Origin: an uncultured Gemmatimonadales bacterium
GTDB lineage: Bacteria; Gemmatimonadota; Gemmatimonadetes; Gemmatimonadales; GWC2-71-9
Assembly: GCA_963815325.1 (NCBI GenBank)
Contig: CAWFGG010000010.1
Location: 213,631 to 277,630, forward strand
Direction: 5' to 3'
DNA: 64,000 nucleotides
Shown here: one piece after another, positions 8,897 to 17,620 of the stretch
Position numbering within the stretch: position 1 is the stretch's first letter
Layout: each line of letters starts with the position of its first letter
Position numbers and translations under genes: made by a program
The notes under the pieces: model-generated
Databases searched by the model: none
What the model was told of the DNA's origin: nothing
What the model saw: only the letters and a program-made list of their open reading frames with translations

Positions 8897-11088
8897 GAGA
8901 CCGCCTTTCGCGTTGCCGCGACTGCGTCCGATGCTGGAGACGAGCCCACGATTCTCAATCCAGGGGACCCGGTCTGGCGTCGGACCAGGGCCTCCACCTG
9001 GGCCTCGTCCTTCATGATGGTGATGAATGCCGCCGCCATGGGCGGATCGAATTGGGTCGCGGCGCAGTGGTCGATGTAATCGATGGCCTCCCGGTGGGTC
9101 CAGCCGGCGCGGTAGGGCCGATTGGAAGTCAGGGCGTCATACACATCCGGCACTGCCAAGAGCCGGGCCATGAAGGGAATGTCTTCACCTGCCAGGCCGT
9201 CGGGGTAGCCCGCGCCGTCGAACCATTCGTGGTGGTTCCGCACGATGGGAATTGCCGGGGCGAAGGCCGCAATCGGGGCGAGGATCCTGGCTCCGACCGT
9301 GGTATGGTCCTGGATGATGCGCCGCTCCTCCTCGGTGAGCGGACCGGGTTTGTTCAGGATGCTGGTGGGAATCCCGATCTTGCCGATGTCGTGCAACAAC
9401 GCGCCCCGGTGGAGCATGTCGAGCTCGCCCGGCGTCAGCGCCAGCTCCTGGCCCAACCGGACGGCGAGTGCGCTGACCCGCTCCGAATGCCCGGCCGTCC
9501 AGGGCGAGTTCGCGTCGATGGTTCGGGCCAAGGCGGAGAGCGTACCCCAGCTCAACTGATTCAGATCCTCTACCAGGCGGGTATTGGATAAGGCCACCGC
9601 TACCTGATCGGCCAGGCGGCGGGCTTGCAGCAGGTCCTCCCGATCCACGGTGGGGGCGTCGTAATAGTCGAGGGTTATGATGCCTGTCAACGTGCCCATC
9701 TGGAGCAAGGGGAGGGCGATGGAACAGGTGCGCCGGCCCGCGATTTCCTTGGCGTCGTTGAGGTAGGACCGAAGCCCCATGTGCCGGCCCAGAATCAGGT
9801 GGTCCTCGCTCTCTTCGAGTTCCCGTATCTCATCGGTAGCGAGGCGGATGTCCCGGGTGATACGGTATCGCTCGACGGTCGCGACGGCCACGTATTTCCA
9901 CGGGTCGCCGTCGCGCGCCGGGCCGACCGTAATGCTCATCGCATCACACGGCATCACTTCGCCGAAGCGCGACAGCACCGAATCGATGATCGCATCGGCG
10001 TCGAGCGACGAGAGTACGGCCTGGTCGATCTGGTTGATGACGGTGAGAGTGTTGAACTGCTTGCCCAGGGTCCGGCTCATGGCGTTGAACGAACCGGCCA
10101 GGTCCTCGAACTCGTCTCGGGTCGTGACCTCGACCGGGACGTCGAACTCGCTTGCGGCGATCCGCTTGGTACCCTCCTGGAGCTTGAGCAGCGGGTCCAT
10201 GCTGCGCCGGATCTGCACGTTGCTGAGCAGAAAAACGGCCACCAGGGTCAGCACCAGGATCAGGGGGAAGGTGCGCCTGAAGTTACTCATCGGCGCGAGC
10301 GCCAGGGCCGTCGGCTCGCTCGATATCACGGTCCAGCTGGCCGTCTTGAATTCGTAGCTCAAGAATATGGGCCAGTACCCGGCCAGGAAGCGTTCCTTCT
10401 CGTAGAGCCACTCGAAGGTGCCGCCGGCTGTTTGTTGCTGGTCGCGAAAGGCGCTTTCCATGGCGCGAGTGTACCGGGGAGTCGAGCAGAAGAGCACGTG
10501 ACTGGCCCCTGCGAGGACGCAGGGGTGCGTGTCGGGATCGACCAAGTCGGGGCGCCAGAGATAGGCCGGCTCGATCTCACCCCAGAGAATACCCCGGGCC
10601 AGGTTGCCCTGGTCCACCGCCACCCCGAGGAAGAGGGTGCGCGTCGAGCGGGCTTCCTCGATCAGCCCCTTCCCGGACGCGAGATGGGTGCTGTCGGCGG
10701 GTGATATGGCAGTCGGCAGCTGAGCGTCCATCCTGCCGCCAAGTGTGACGTGCCCTGCCTCCGTTTCGAGGACCAGGCTACGGAATCGGGCCCTGAGGGC
10801 GGCCAAGGTTTCCCAGGGCGAGCGCGCCTCGCCTCGCGGGTCGGCCCTGATCGCGTCGGTAGCGGTTCTGAGCTCGGTCTCCAGGAAGTGCAATCGCTCG
10901 ACGATCGCCATGCCTTGAGCCTTGCTGGCCTGAAACACGCGGGCCCGGCTCTGTTCCTCGAGCTGGCCGCCCACCCGCTGGTAGGCGATGAAGCCGACCA
11001 CCGCGACCGGGACCAGCGCACCCAGCATGAAGAGCCCGAGAATCCGGCGCGCCACGCGCGTGCGAAGAAAGGTGGTGGTCTCTAGCAT
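8893..11088 (-). CDS. Membrane HD-GYP cyclic-dinucleotide phosphodiesterase (TM-periplasmic sensor-TM-HAMP-GAF-HD-GYP)
   Basis: HAMP RDEFEDLAGSFNAM; GAF-like LPL..GTLTGII; TAGHSERV, LHDIGKIGIP, HHEWFDGAGYPDGLAGEDIP, DVYDALTSNRPYR. Confidence 0.93.
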   Translation of the reverse strand: MLETTTFLRTRVARRILGLFMLGALVPVAVVGFIAYQRVGGQLEEQSRARVFQASKAQGMAIVERLHFLETELRTATDAIRADPRGEARSPWETLAALRARFRSLVLETEAGHVTLGGRMDAQLPTAISPADSTHLASGKGLIEEARSTRTLFLGVAVDQGNLARGILWGEIEPAYLWRPDLVDPDTHPCVLAGASHVLFCSTPRYTRAMESAFRDQQQTAGGTFEWLYEKERFLAGYWPIFLSYEFKTASWTVISSEPTALALAPMSNFRRTFPLILVLTLVAVFLLSNVQIRRSMDPLLKLQEGTKRIAASEFDVPVEVTTRDEFEDLAGSFNAMSRTLGKQFNTLTVINQIDQAVLSSLDADAIIDSVLSRFGEVMPCDAMSITVGPARDGDPWKYVAVATVERYRITRDIRLATDEIRELEESEDHLILGRHMGLRSYLNDAKEIAGRRTCSIALPLLQMGTLTGIITLDYYDAPTVDREDLLQARRLADQVAVALSNTRLVEDLNQLSWGTLSALARTIDANSPWTAGHSERVSALAVRLGQELALTPGELDMLHRGALLHDIGKIGIPTSILNKPGPLTEEERRIIQDHTTVGARILAPIAAFAPAIPIVRNHHEWFDGAGYPDGLAGEDIPFMARLLAVPDVYDALTSNRPYRAGWTHREAIDYIDHCAATQFDPPMAAAFITIMKDEAQVEALVRRQTGSPGLRIVGSSPASDAVAATRKAVS

Positions 11089-11091
11089 GGG

Positions 11092-11622
11092 TCAGAATTT
11101 CCAGGCGAGGCCGATGAATCCACCGTCGCGGGCCACGATGATGTCATCGCGCCCCTCACCCGAATTCAGCGGGACCGAGGTCGTACCGTTCTTCCCCATG
11201 CTGTAGAGGTCGTAGTAAGTGTTGATTGGCACCATGAAACGGTCCCGTCGCGATCCTTGTGGCATGCCGCGGGCATTGACCCGTACCGTGGCGAAGCTCA
11301 GGTACCGGTAGGGATTACCCCAGGGATCGAGCAGATTGGCCCGGCCGATGTCGGCCAGCGAAGGAGGAAAGGCTTGATGGGTGGAGTGATAGCCCACCAA
11401 CTCCGCGGTGATGTTCTCGAGCTCCCCGGTGGCCCGGGCGTTACGCGCGCGGGTCACGTTGTCCAGGTACTTGGGGTAGCCCAGTGCCACCGCGATGCCC
11501 AGGATGATGACCACCGACATCAATTCAATGAGGGTGAAGGCTCGGCGCCGGTTGTGAGGCGCCCAAATCCAGGCGGGCGGCCTCACCGAGGTGCCCCCAC
11601 ACATGTTGGGCTGGTGGTCCAT
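11092..11622 (-). CDS. Prepilin-type N-terminal cleavage/methylation protein (GspG-like); start uncertain (11586-11676)
   Basis: Class III signal RRRA|FTLIELMSVVIILGIAVALGYP; DPWGNPYRY and YDLYSMGKNG as in GspG. Confidence 0.88.
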   Translation of the reverse strand: MDHQPNMCGGTSVRPPAWIWAPHNRRRAFTLIELMSVVIILGIAVALGYPKYLDNVTRARNARATGELENITAELVGYHSTHQAFPPSLADIGRANLLDPWGNPYRYLSFATVRVNARGMPQGSRRDRFMVPINTYYDLYSMGKNGTTSVPLNSGEGRDDIIVARDGGFIGLAWKF

Positions 11623-11739
11623 CCGGCTCGGCCGGCGGGCTTCGAATGAGCTGTTGCCAATGTTGCCCTCGGGCACGGGTCGACACGTGCGACGTCGGCG
11701 CCAACCGCGTCTATTCCGTTGGTTGTCAACGGGTTGGGG

Positions 11740-11756
11740 TGCAAAATCGGTGCCGG
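11740..11756 (-). promoter_or_regulatory. Putative sigma54 (-24/-12) promoter of the prepilin/HD-GYP operon
   Basis: Minus strand CCGGCACCGATTTTGCA: GG-N10-GC, one mismatch to TGGCAC-N5-TTGCA. Confidence 0.65.
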
Positions 11757-11872
11757 TCGGGACCCCAATGGCAGGTAACGACTTACGGGGTCAAACGGAG
11801 GTTCTTCGACCGTGAGTCCATGCAATCCGCGAATCGGTTGCGGCGCTCGAAGATTCTCTCATTCGCCAGGTG

Positions 11873-11910
11873 AAAACCAAACGCGCCGGACCCCAGGAGA
11901 GTCCGGCGCG
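11873..11910 (-). terminator. Intrinsic terminator after CsgG/TPR gene
   Basis: 10-bp stem CGCGCCGGAC/GTCCGGCGCG (11882-11910) followed on minus strand by TTTGGTTTT. Confidence 0.75.
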
Positions 11911-11936
11911 CTGGCCGTTGATCTTCATGTCGAGTC

Positions 11937-12626
11937 TCAGGATCGGGCCTTCCTGAGTCCCTCCTTCGCCTCGGTGTAGTCGGGGAACAGCGTGATCGCC
12001 TGCTGGTAGAACTCGGCGGCCTTGGCCGTGTCGCCACGATCGTGGTAGAGCAGGGCCCGGCTGAACGCCGTGAGGGCTTCCGTCGGTACCGAGCGGACCG
12101 TACTACCGCCCGCGCCGCCCGGAAGTCCGGTCTTGGTCACGATGCCTGCCGCGAGATCTCGAAGGAGGCCGTACAGGGATTGCCGGTCGGCTGGACCGGC
12201 CTGGACGACCGTGAGGATCTCACCGGTCTCGACGTCCACGATCCGGGCATCGATCCGGAACTTGCCGTAGTAGTCGATGAATGTTCCCATGATCGCGTAC
12301 CGCGCGCCCACCTGTGCTCCGATCCGGGCGGCCGTCGCCGCATCGACCCGGCCCGACTCCTCGAGATCCGACTGATCGAGGAGTCGCTGGGTTTCAGTTC
12401 GCTCGATCACCCGCACCGATGTGTTCCGGCCGAGCTCGGCAATGAGGGTGGCCGGGATGCCACGTTCTAGCGCGGCGAAGATTTCCTTGTCCTGCCCGTA
12501 GGACCCGCCATTGGAGAAGGGAAGGACCGCAAGGCCGGGGCGCGCGTCTTGGGCTGCCAGGGGTGCCGCCATTACGGCGAGTGGTGCCAGAATGCCCAGA
12601 ACGGCTTGGGAAAGGCGCCGATTCAT
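11937..12626 (-). CDS. Exported CsgG/TolB-N-like domain protein with C-terminal TPR
   Basis: Signal peptide ending LAA; LAVLPFSN, RVIERTE, AARIG..VGARYAIMG, RIDARIVDVETGEI; TPR AAEFYQQAITLFPDYTEA. Confidence 0.82.
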   Translation of the reverse strand: MNRRLSQAVLGILAPLAVMAAPLAAQDARPGLAVLPFSNGGSYGQDKEIFAALERGIPATLIAELGRNTSVRVIERTETQRLLDQSDLEESGRVDAATAARIGAQVGARYAIMGTFIDYYGKFRIDARIVDVETGEILTVVQAGPADRQSLYGLLRDLAAGIVTKTGLPGGAGGSTVRSVPTEALTAFSRALLYHDRGDTAKAAEFYQQAITLFPDYTEAKEGLRKARS

Positions 12627-12642
12627 GTCTGCTCGCTCCTCG

Positions 12643-13509
12643 TCAGAGGGTGAGGGTTGCGCCTTCCTGCGCGGCGCCGACGCTGAGACCCGTGCCGGCG
12701 CGCCGTGCGTGCGACTGCGCGTCGGCGAGCAAGCGATCAATGGCGTCGTCGCCGTTGGCCGGCTCGTGGTGAAACAGCACCAGGCGCGGGACACCGGATT
12801 CGATCGCGAGCTCCACTGCCTGCCGGGGTGTCGAATGGCCCCAGCCATGACGCGCGCGGATCGATTCCTCCGAGAACATGCCGTCGTGGATGAGGGTCTC
12901 TACCCCGTGGAGAAACTTAACCAGGCGGGCCCGCCAGTCGGCGGGCACGTCATAATCACCTCCCTGGCCCAGCTCGTTGTCGGTCACATAGGCCAGGGTG
13001 CCGCCCCCGTTGGCGGGGACGAGCTTGTACCCGAGCGTCACCCCCGGATGGCGGAGCCGGATGGCCTCGACCCGAACCGCGCCGATCGCGAAGGCGCCCT
13101 CAGTAACCTCCGTGATGCGGATGTCCGCGGCGAGCTTCTGCATGGGCACCGGGAAGACGACCGGCGCCATCTGCTGGTTCAGGATCTCCTCGAGCGCGAC
13201 CGTGCCCTGTCGAGCCCCGTAGATCCGGACCGTCCGGTCGGCATGATGGAGCGGCTGGAAGAACGGCAGGCCCTGGATGTGATCCCAGTGGGTGTGGGAC
13301 AGCAGGATGTCGACCCGATTCGGGCGCGAGCCCCGATGCACGAGATCCTGACCCAGCGCCCGGATGCCGGTGCCGGCGTCGAGCACCACCAGGTGGTCGT
13401 CGCCAAGCCCGACGGCAACGCACGCCGTGTTGCCGCCATAGCGCGTGGTCGTTGGTCCCGGGGTCGGGATCGACCCGCGGGTGCCCCAGAATGTGAGCGT
13501 GGTTGTCAC
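12643..13509 (-). CDS. MBL-fold metallo-hydrolase (RNase Z / phosphodiesterase-like)
   Basis: FWGTRGSIPTPG, YGGNTAC, LDAGTG, SHTHWDHIQG (HxHxDH), WGHST, LFHHEP; GTG 13509 follows GAGG (ORF track start 13533). Confidence 0.9.
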   Translation of the reverse strand: MTTTLTFWGTRGSIPTPGPTTTRYGGNTACVAVGLGDDHLVVLDAGTGIRALGQDLVHRGSRPNRVDILLSHTHWDHIQGLPFFQPLHHADRTVRIYGARQGTVALEEILNQQMAPVVFPVPMQKLAADIRITEVTEGAFAIGAVRVEAIRLRHPGVTLGYKLVPANGGGTLAYVTDNELGQGGDYDVPADWRARLVKFLHGVETLIHDGMFSEESIRARHGWGHSTPRQAVELAIESGVPRLVLFHHEPANGDDAIDRLLADAQSHARRAGTGLSVGAAQEGATLTL

Positions 13510-13581
13510 GGCAGCGGGAGCCTCATGCTCCAATATCGAGCGCGGAGAACGAGGAAGCGCGAGCGATGGTCACGCCGGGCT

Positions 13582-13597
13582 CGTGACCGCGGTCACG
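13582..13597. promoter_or_regulatory. CRP-box-like perfect palindrome
   Basis: CGTGA-CCGCGG-TCACG (GTGA-N6-TCAC) overlapping the crp stop codon, upstream of the MBL gene. Confidence 0.4.
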
Positions 13598-14276
13598 CGT
13601 GCTGGGCCGCGGCCGCGAGTGAGGCGCGATCCTGGAGGATGATCTCCTTCCGGTTCACCTCGATGACGCCGCGCTGCACCAGGTTCCGCATGGTCCGGGA
13701 GACGGTCTCCCGACTCGACCCGATCATTTGAGCTATCGTGTGGTGGGTGAGGCGCCGGGTGATGCGGTCTCCTCCCTCCTCCTTCGCGAGCTGCAGGAGG
13801 AGATTGGCCACGCGACCGTTCACGTCCAACAGCACCAGGCTGCCGATCTTCTGGTCGGCACTTCGGAGTCGGCGCGACAGCTCGCGCAGGAGCGAGATCG
13901 CCACCTCGGGCGACGCGCGGAGTTGGGCCTGGAAGTCCTCCCGCCTGAGCACCAGGAGGCCCGCATCTTCCATGGCGATGACGTGGGCCGACCGCGGTTC
14001 GTCGTCGAGCAGCGCCATCTCACCGAAAAAGCTTCCCTCCTGGAGCACTGACAGGATCACTTCACGCCCATCCTCGCCGATCAACACCACCTTGACCTGG
14101 CCCGATGCCACCAGGAACATCGAGTCGCCTCGGTCGTCGGCAAAGACGATGATACTGCCCTTGGGATAGGTCCGCTCCCTGGTCAGGGCTGCGAACCGGG
14201 CGAGGGCATCGGGCGGCATGTCCCGGAACAGCGGGACCTTCCGGAGCACATCTACGGGCGATTGCTGCACGGCCAC
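13593..14276 (-). CDS. Crp/Fnr-family transcriptional regulator (CRP-like)
   Basis: cNMP pocket FFGEMALLDDEPRSA; HTH LTHHTIAQMIGSSRETVSR; no Fnr cysteines. Confidence 0.93.
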   Translation of the reverse strand: MAVQQSPVDVLRKVPLFRDMPPDALARFAALTRERTYPKGSIIVFADDRGDSMFLVASGQVKVVLIGEDGREVILSVLQEGSFFGEMALLDDEPRSAHVIAMEDAGLLVLRREDFQAQLRASPEVAISLLRELSRRLRSADQKIGSLVLLDVNGRVANLLLQLAKEEGGDRITRRLTHHTIAQMIGSSRETVSRTMRNLVQRGVIEVNRKEIILQDRASLAAAAQHA

Positions 14277-14304
14277 CTCGGGCGGAGGGAGGGAGTCGGA
14301 GGCA

Positions 14305-14334
14305 AGGTTAGCGGAAGCAGAGGGGACGTGTCAA
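14305..14334 (-). promoter_or_regulatory. Putative sigma70 promoter for crp
   Basis: Minus strand TTGACA-N18-TAACCT about 30 nt upstream of start. Confidence 0.55.
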
Positions 14335-14437
14335 TTCAGCCCTTCCGGACGAGACTCAAGTCTTCTAAATTTTCGGGCTTACGGCAAGTCCGCCTGCCCC
14401 CCTGTGGCGGACCCCTGGAACCGCGAGGAGTCGAGCA

Positions 14438-14662
14438 GTGAAGGCCAATCTCCACCCAATCTACCGCAAGGTCACGGCCGTCTGCGCCTGTGGCAACACA
14501 TTCGAAACCCGGAGCACCCAGGACAACATCCACGTCGAGGTGTGCGCCCACTGCCACCCGTACTTCACCGGCAAGCAGCGGTTGGTCGATACCGCCGGTC
14601 GGGTCGACCGGTTCCGCCGCAGGTACCAAGGCGTTTCGGGGGCGGACTCGGGCCAGGACTGA
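14438..14662 (+). CDS. rpmE: 50S ribosomal protein L31 (Zn-binding type)
   Basis: [38 protein letters not shown]; GAGGAG RBS. Confidence 0.97.
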   Translation: MKANLHPIYRKVTAVCACGNTFETRSTQDNIHVEVCAHCHPYFTGKQRLVDTAGRVDRFRRRYQGVSGADSGQD

Positions 14663-14665
14663 TTC

Positions 14666-15724
14666 ATGGACCCCCGACTCCGCCAGGCGCTGGACCGGGC
14701 GGAGGAGATCGCTCGAGAGCTCGCCGACCCCACGACAATCCGGAACCATCAGCGGCTGAGGACCCTCGGCCGCGAGCGGACCAAGCTCGCGCCGCTGGTT
14801 GAGGCTGCGGAGCGGCTCGAGCGATTGACCGCGGAGTTGTCCGAGGCGCGGGAACTCCTCGATGCGCCCGACCCGGAGCTGGCGCAGATGGCCGGAGCCG
14901 AAGTCGCCCGGCTCACCGGGGACATCGAGGCGGTCGATGCGCAGCTCCGCGAACTCCTCGTTCCCCGCGACCCGCACGATGAGCGGGACGCGATCGTCGA
15001 AATCCGGGCCGGTACCGGCGGCGACGAGGCCGCCCTCTTCGCCGCCGATCTTCACCGCATGTATACCCGGTTCTGTGAGCGGAACGGCCTCACCGTCGAG
15101 CCGATCTCGGCGAGCGAGGGCACTGCCGGGGGACTCAAAGAAGTGATCTTCGCAGTGCGCGGCGAGGGCGCCTACGGCCTGCTGCGCCGGGAGGCCGGAG
15201 TGCATCGGGTCCAGCGCGTTCCCATGACCGAGACCCAGGGCCGCATCCACACCTCGGCCGCGAGTGTCGCCGTCCTGCCGGAGGCCGAAGAGGTGGACGT
15301 CGAAATCGAGCCCCAGGACTTGAAGATCGATGTGTACCGCTCCTCGGGTCCCGGCGGACAGAGCGTCAACACGACCGACAGCGCGGTGCGCATTACCCAC
15401 CTGCCGAGCGGGCTGGTCGTCACCCAGCAGGACCAGAAGAGCCAGCTCCAGAACAAGCTCAAGGCCATGGAAGTGTTGCGGGCGCGGCTGTTGGATCGGA
15501 TGATTGCCGAACAGGAAGCGGCCCGGTCCCGCGAGCGGCGCACCATGGTGGGCACGGGAGACCGGTCCGCCAAGATCCGCACTTACAATTACCCTCAGAG
15601 CCGCGTCACCGATCATCGCATCGGCTTCTCGGTGCATAACCTTCCGGAAGTGATGAATGGCGGCCTCGATGAGATCGTGGATGCGCTGAGGCTCGCGAGC
15701 CGGGAGGAGGCTGCGGTTGCGTGA
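14666..15724 (+). CDS. prfA: Peptide chain release factor 1
   Basis: EIRAGTGGDEAALFA, PxT (PMT), GPGGQSVNTTDSAVR, RTYNYPQSRVTDHRI. Confidence 0.97.
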   Translation: MDPRLRQALDRAEEIARELADPTTIRNHQRLRTLGRERTKLAPLVEAAERLERLTAELSEARELLDAPDPELAQMAGAEVARLTGDIEAVDAQLRELLVPRDPHDERDAIVEIRAGTGGDEAALFAADLHRMYTRFCERNGLTVEPISASEGTAGGLKEVIFAVRGEGAYGLLRREAGVHRVQRVPMTETQGRIHTSAASVAVLPEAEEVDVEIEPQDLKIDVYRSSGPGGQSVNTTDSAVRITHLPSGLVVTQQDQKSQLQNKLKAMEVLRARLLDRMIAEQEAARSRERRTMVGTGDRSAKIRTYNYPQSRVTDHRIGFSVHNLPEVMNGGLDEIVDALRLASREEAAVA

Positions 15725-16568
15725 GGTCGTGACCCCCCGGCGGGACCTGCTGCGTGAGGCCGGGTCCGCCCTCCGCCGGGCCGGCATTGCCGCGCCGGAG
15801 CGCGAGGCCCGGTGGTTGGCCGAGGCGGCCTTGGGCGTCGGGAGTGCGGCGCTGCTGGGCGAGGAGCGTCTCCTTGGGCCCGGACAGATCGAGCACTACC
15901 GCAATGCCGTCGCGCGGCGCCTGGCGGGTGAGCCACTTGCGTACGTGACCGGACAGGCGGCGTTCCGCCATCTGATGCTCCGCTCCGACCGCCGTGCGCT
16001 CATCCCACGGCCCGAGACCGAGGGTCTGGTTGATCTTGCGCTTACCCGCGTACCGGTAGGGCGGGCGCTCGATATCGGCACCGGCACCGGCGCTATCGCG
16101 CTGAGCCTCGCCGCCGAGGGAGGCTACCACGACGTCGTCGCCACCGATCGCTCGCCTGACGCACTGGCGCTGGCCCGAGAGAATCGGTCACTCACCGGGC
16201 TCCGCATTGCGTTGGCATTGGACGATCTGGGATCCTCCTTGAGGCAGGCCTCCTTCGACGTGCTGGTGTCGAATCCGCCGTACTTGAGCGCGGCCGAGGG
16301 TGCCACACTCGACCGGAGTGTGCGAGATTGGGAACCGGCAGAGGCGCTGGTGAGCGGGAGCGACGGACTCGCTGCCACGCGCAGGCTCCTCGTGGAGGGG
16401 CACCGGCTGCTTCGCCCGAGTGGCTGGATCGTCATCGAACTGGAGTGTTCACGCGCCGGCCGTTCGGCCGAGCTGGCGTCGGCGCATGGGTGGCTGGACG
16501 TTGCCGTCCTCGACGACCTATTCAACCGCGCGCGCTACCTCGTGGCCCGCAGGAGTGACAGCCCGTGA
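15717..16568 (+). CDS. prmC: Release factor glutamine methyltransferase PrmC/HemK (start may be GTG 15729)
   Basis: GEPLAYVTG, LIPRPETE, LDIGTGTGAIA, VSNPPY; directly after prfA. Confidence 0.95.
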   Translation: MREVVTPRRDLLREAGSALRRAGIAAPEREARWLAEAALGVGSAALLGEERLLGPGQIEHYRNAVARRLAGEPLAYVTGQAAFRHLMLRSDRRALIPRPETEGLVDLALTRVPVGRALDIGTGTGAIALSLAAEGGYHDVVATDRSPDALALARENRSLTGLRIALALDDLGSSLRQASFDVLVSNPPYLSAAEGATLDRSVRDWEPAEALVSGSDGLAATRRLLVEGHRLLRPSGWIVIELECSRAGRSAELASAHGWLDVAVLDDLFNRARYLVARRSDSP

Positions 16569-16915
16569 TCTGGGAAAAAGCCAAAGAATTGGGACGACTG
16601 ATCGGTCAATCACCTGAGTATCAGACCTTGCGGCGAGCGGAGGCCGGGCTCAGGGAAGACAAAGAAACCGTGGCCAAGCTCGATGCCATCAAGACCTTGG
16701 CGGCCCAGGTGGACCAGGCGGTTTCGAGCGGCCATATGCCCGACGCGGAGATGACCAAATCGTATGAAGAAGCGGTGCGCGAGTTGGAGCTGAGCGTGTC
16801 AGGCCAGGCGTACGTTGTGGCGCGGGCCAACTTCGAGAAGGTGATGCTCAAGGTGAACGAGCAGATCGGGCAGGGCATGGAAGAGGGCACGGCCAGCAAG
16901 ATCATCACCCTCTGA
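16565..16915 (+). CDS. YlbF/YmcA/YheA-family helical protein
   Basis: IWEKAKELGRLIGQSPEY..L N-terminal signature; all-helical, 116 aa. Confidence 0.75.
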   Translation: MIWEKAKELGRLIGQSPEYQTLRRAEAGLREDKETVAKLDAIKTLAAQVDQAVSSGHMPDAEMTKSYEEAVRELELSVSGQAYVVARANFEKVMLKVNEQIGQGMEEGTASKIITL

Positions 16916-17577
16916 TGAAAGTGCCCGGCTATTTCATCGTGGTGGAGGGGCCTGAAGGGTCCGGGAAGTCCACCCTCGTTGCGGAACTGGCCGCGTGGAT
17001 GGAGTCGAGCGGGCTGAAGCCGGTCCGCGTGCGTGAGCCTGGTGGGACGCCGGTCGCGGAGGGGGCGCGCCGCTTGCTGCTCGACCCCCAGCTCGATGTC
17101 GCGCCCCTGGCCGAGGTCTTCCTCTATCTCGCCGCCCGGGCCGACCTGGTGCATCGGGTCATCCGGCCCGCTTTGGAAGTGGGCGGCGTCGTATTGGCCG
17201 ATCGGTTCGACCTGTCGACGGAGATCTACCAGGTCGTCGGTCGGGGCCTCGATCGGGACATGGTGTTGGCGGCCAATCGGGCTGCAACCGGTGGGCTCAG
17301 GCCGGACATGATCCTCATCACGGACGTACCGCCCGGTGTCGGCCTGGCCCGGCAGCAGCAGAGCCGGCAGGCATTGGACCGTCTGGATCTGGAGAATCAG
17401 GCCTTCCACCAGCGTGTCATCGAGGCGTACCTGGCGGCCGAAGGCCCCGGCGTGCGACATTTGGATGGAACCCTGCCGCCCGAGCAGCTCTTTGCCGCCG
17501 CCCGGGACGCCCTGGTGGCGGACCGGCCGGATCTTTTTTCGGGCCGGAACGTAGGGACAGAAAAGCAACGAACCTGA
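16915..17577 (+). CDS. tmk: Thymidylate kinase
   Basis: EGPEGSGKST, REPGGT, LYLAARA, VLADRF..ST..YQ..GRG. Confidence 0.96.
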   Translation: MKVPGYFIVVEGPEGSGKSTLVAELAAWMESSGLKPVRVREPGGTPVAEGARRLLLDPQLDVAPLAEVFLYLAARADLVHRVIRPALEVGGVVLADRFDLSTEIYQVVGRGLDRDMVLAANRAATGGLRPDMILITDVPPGVGLARQQQSRQALDRLDLENQAFHQRVIEAYLAAEGPGVRHLDGTLPPEQLFAAARDALVADRPDLFSGRNVGTEKQRT

Positions 17578-17620
17578 GAGTCGGGCATGAGCGGCCCGCT
17601 CGCTCATGCCGGAGGCAATC

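Noticed and set aside
14336-15787. 483-aa minus-strand ORF
   Set aside because: Antisense shadow of rpmE/prfA.
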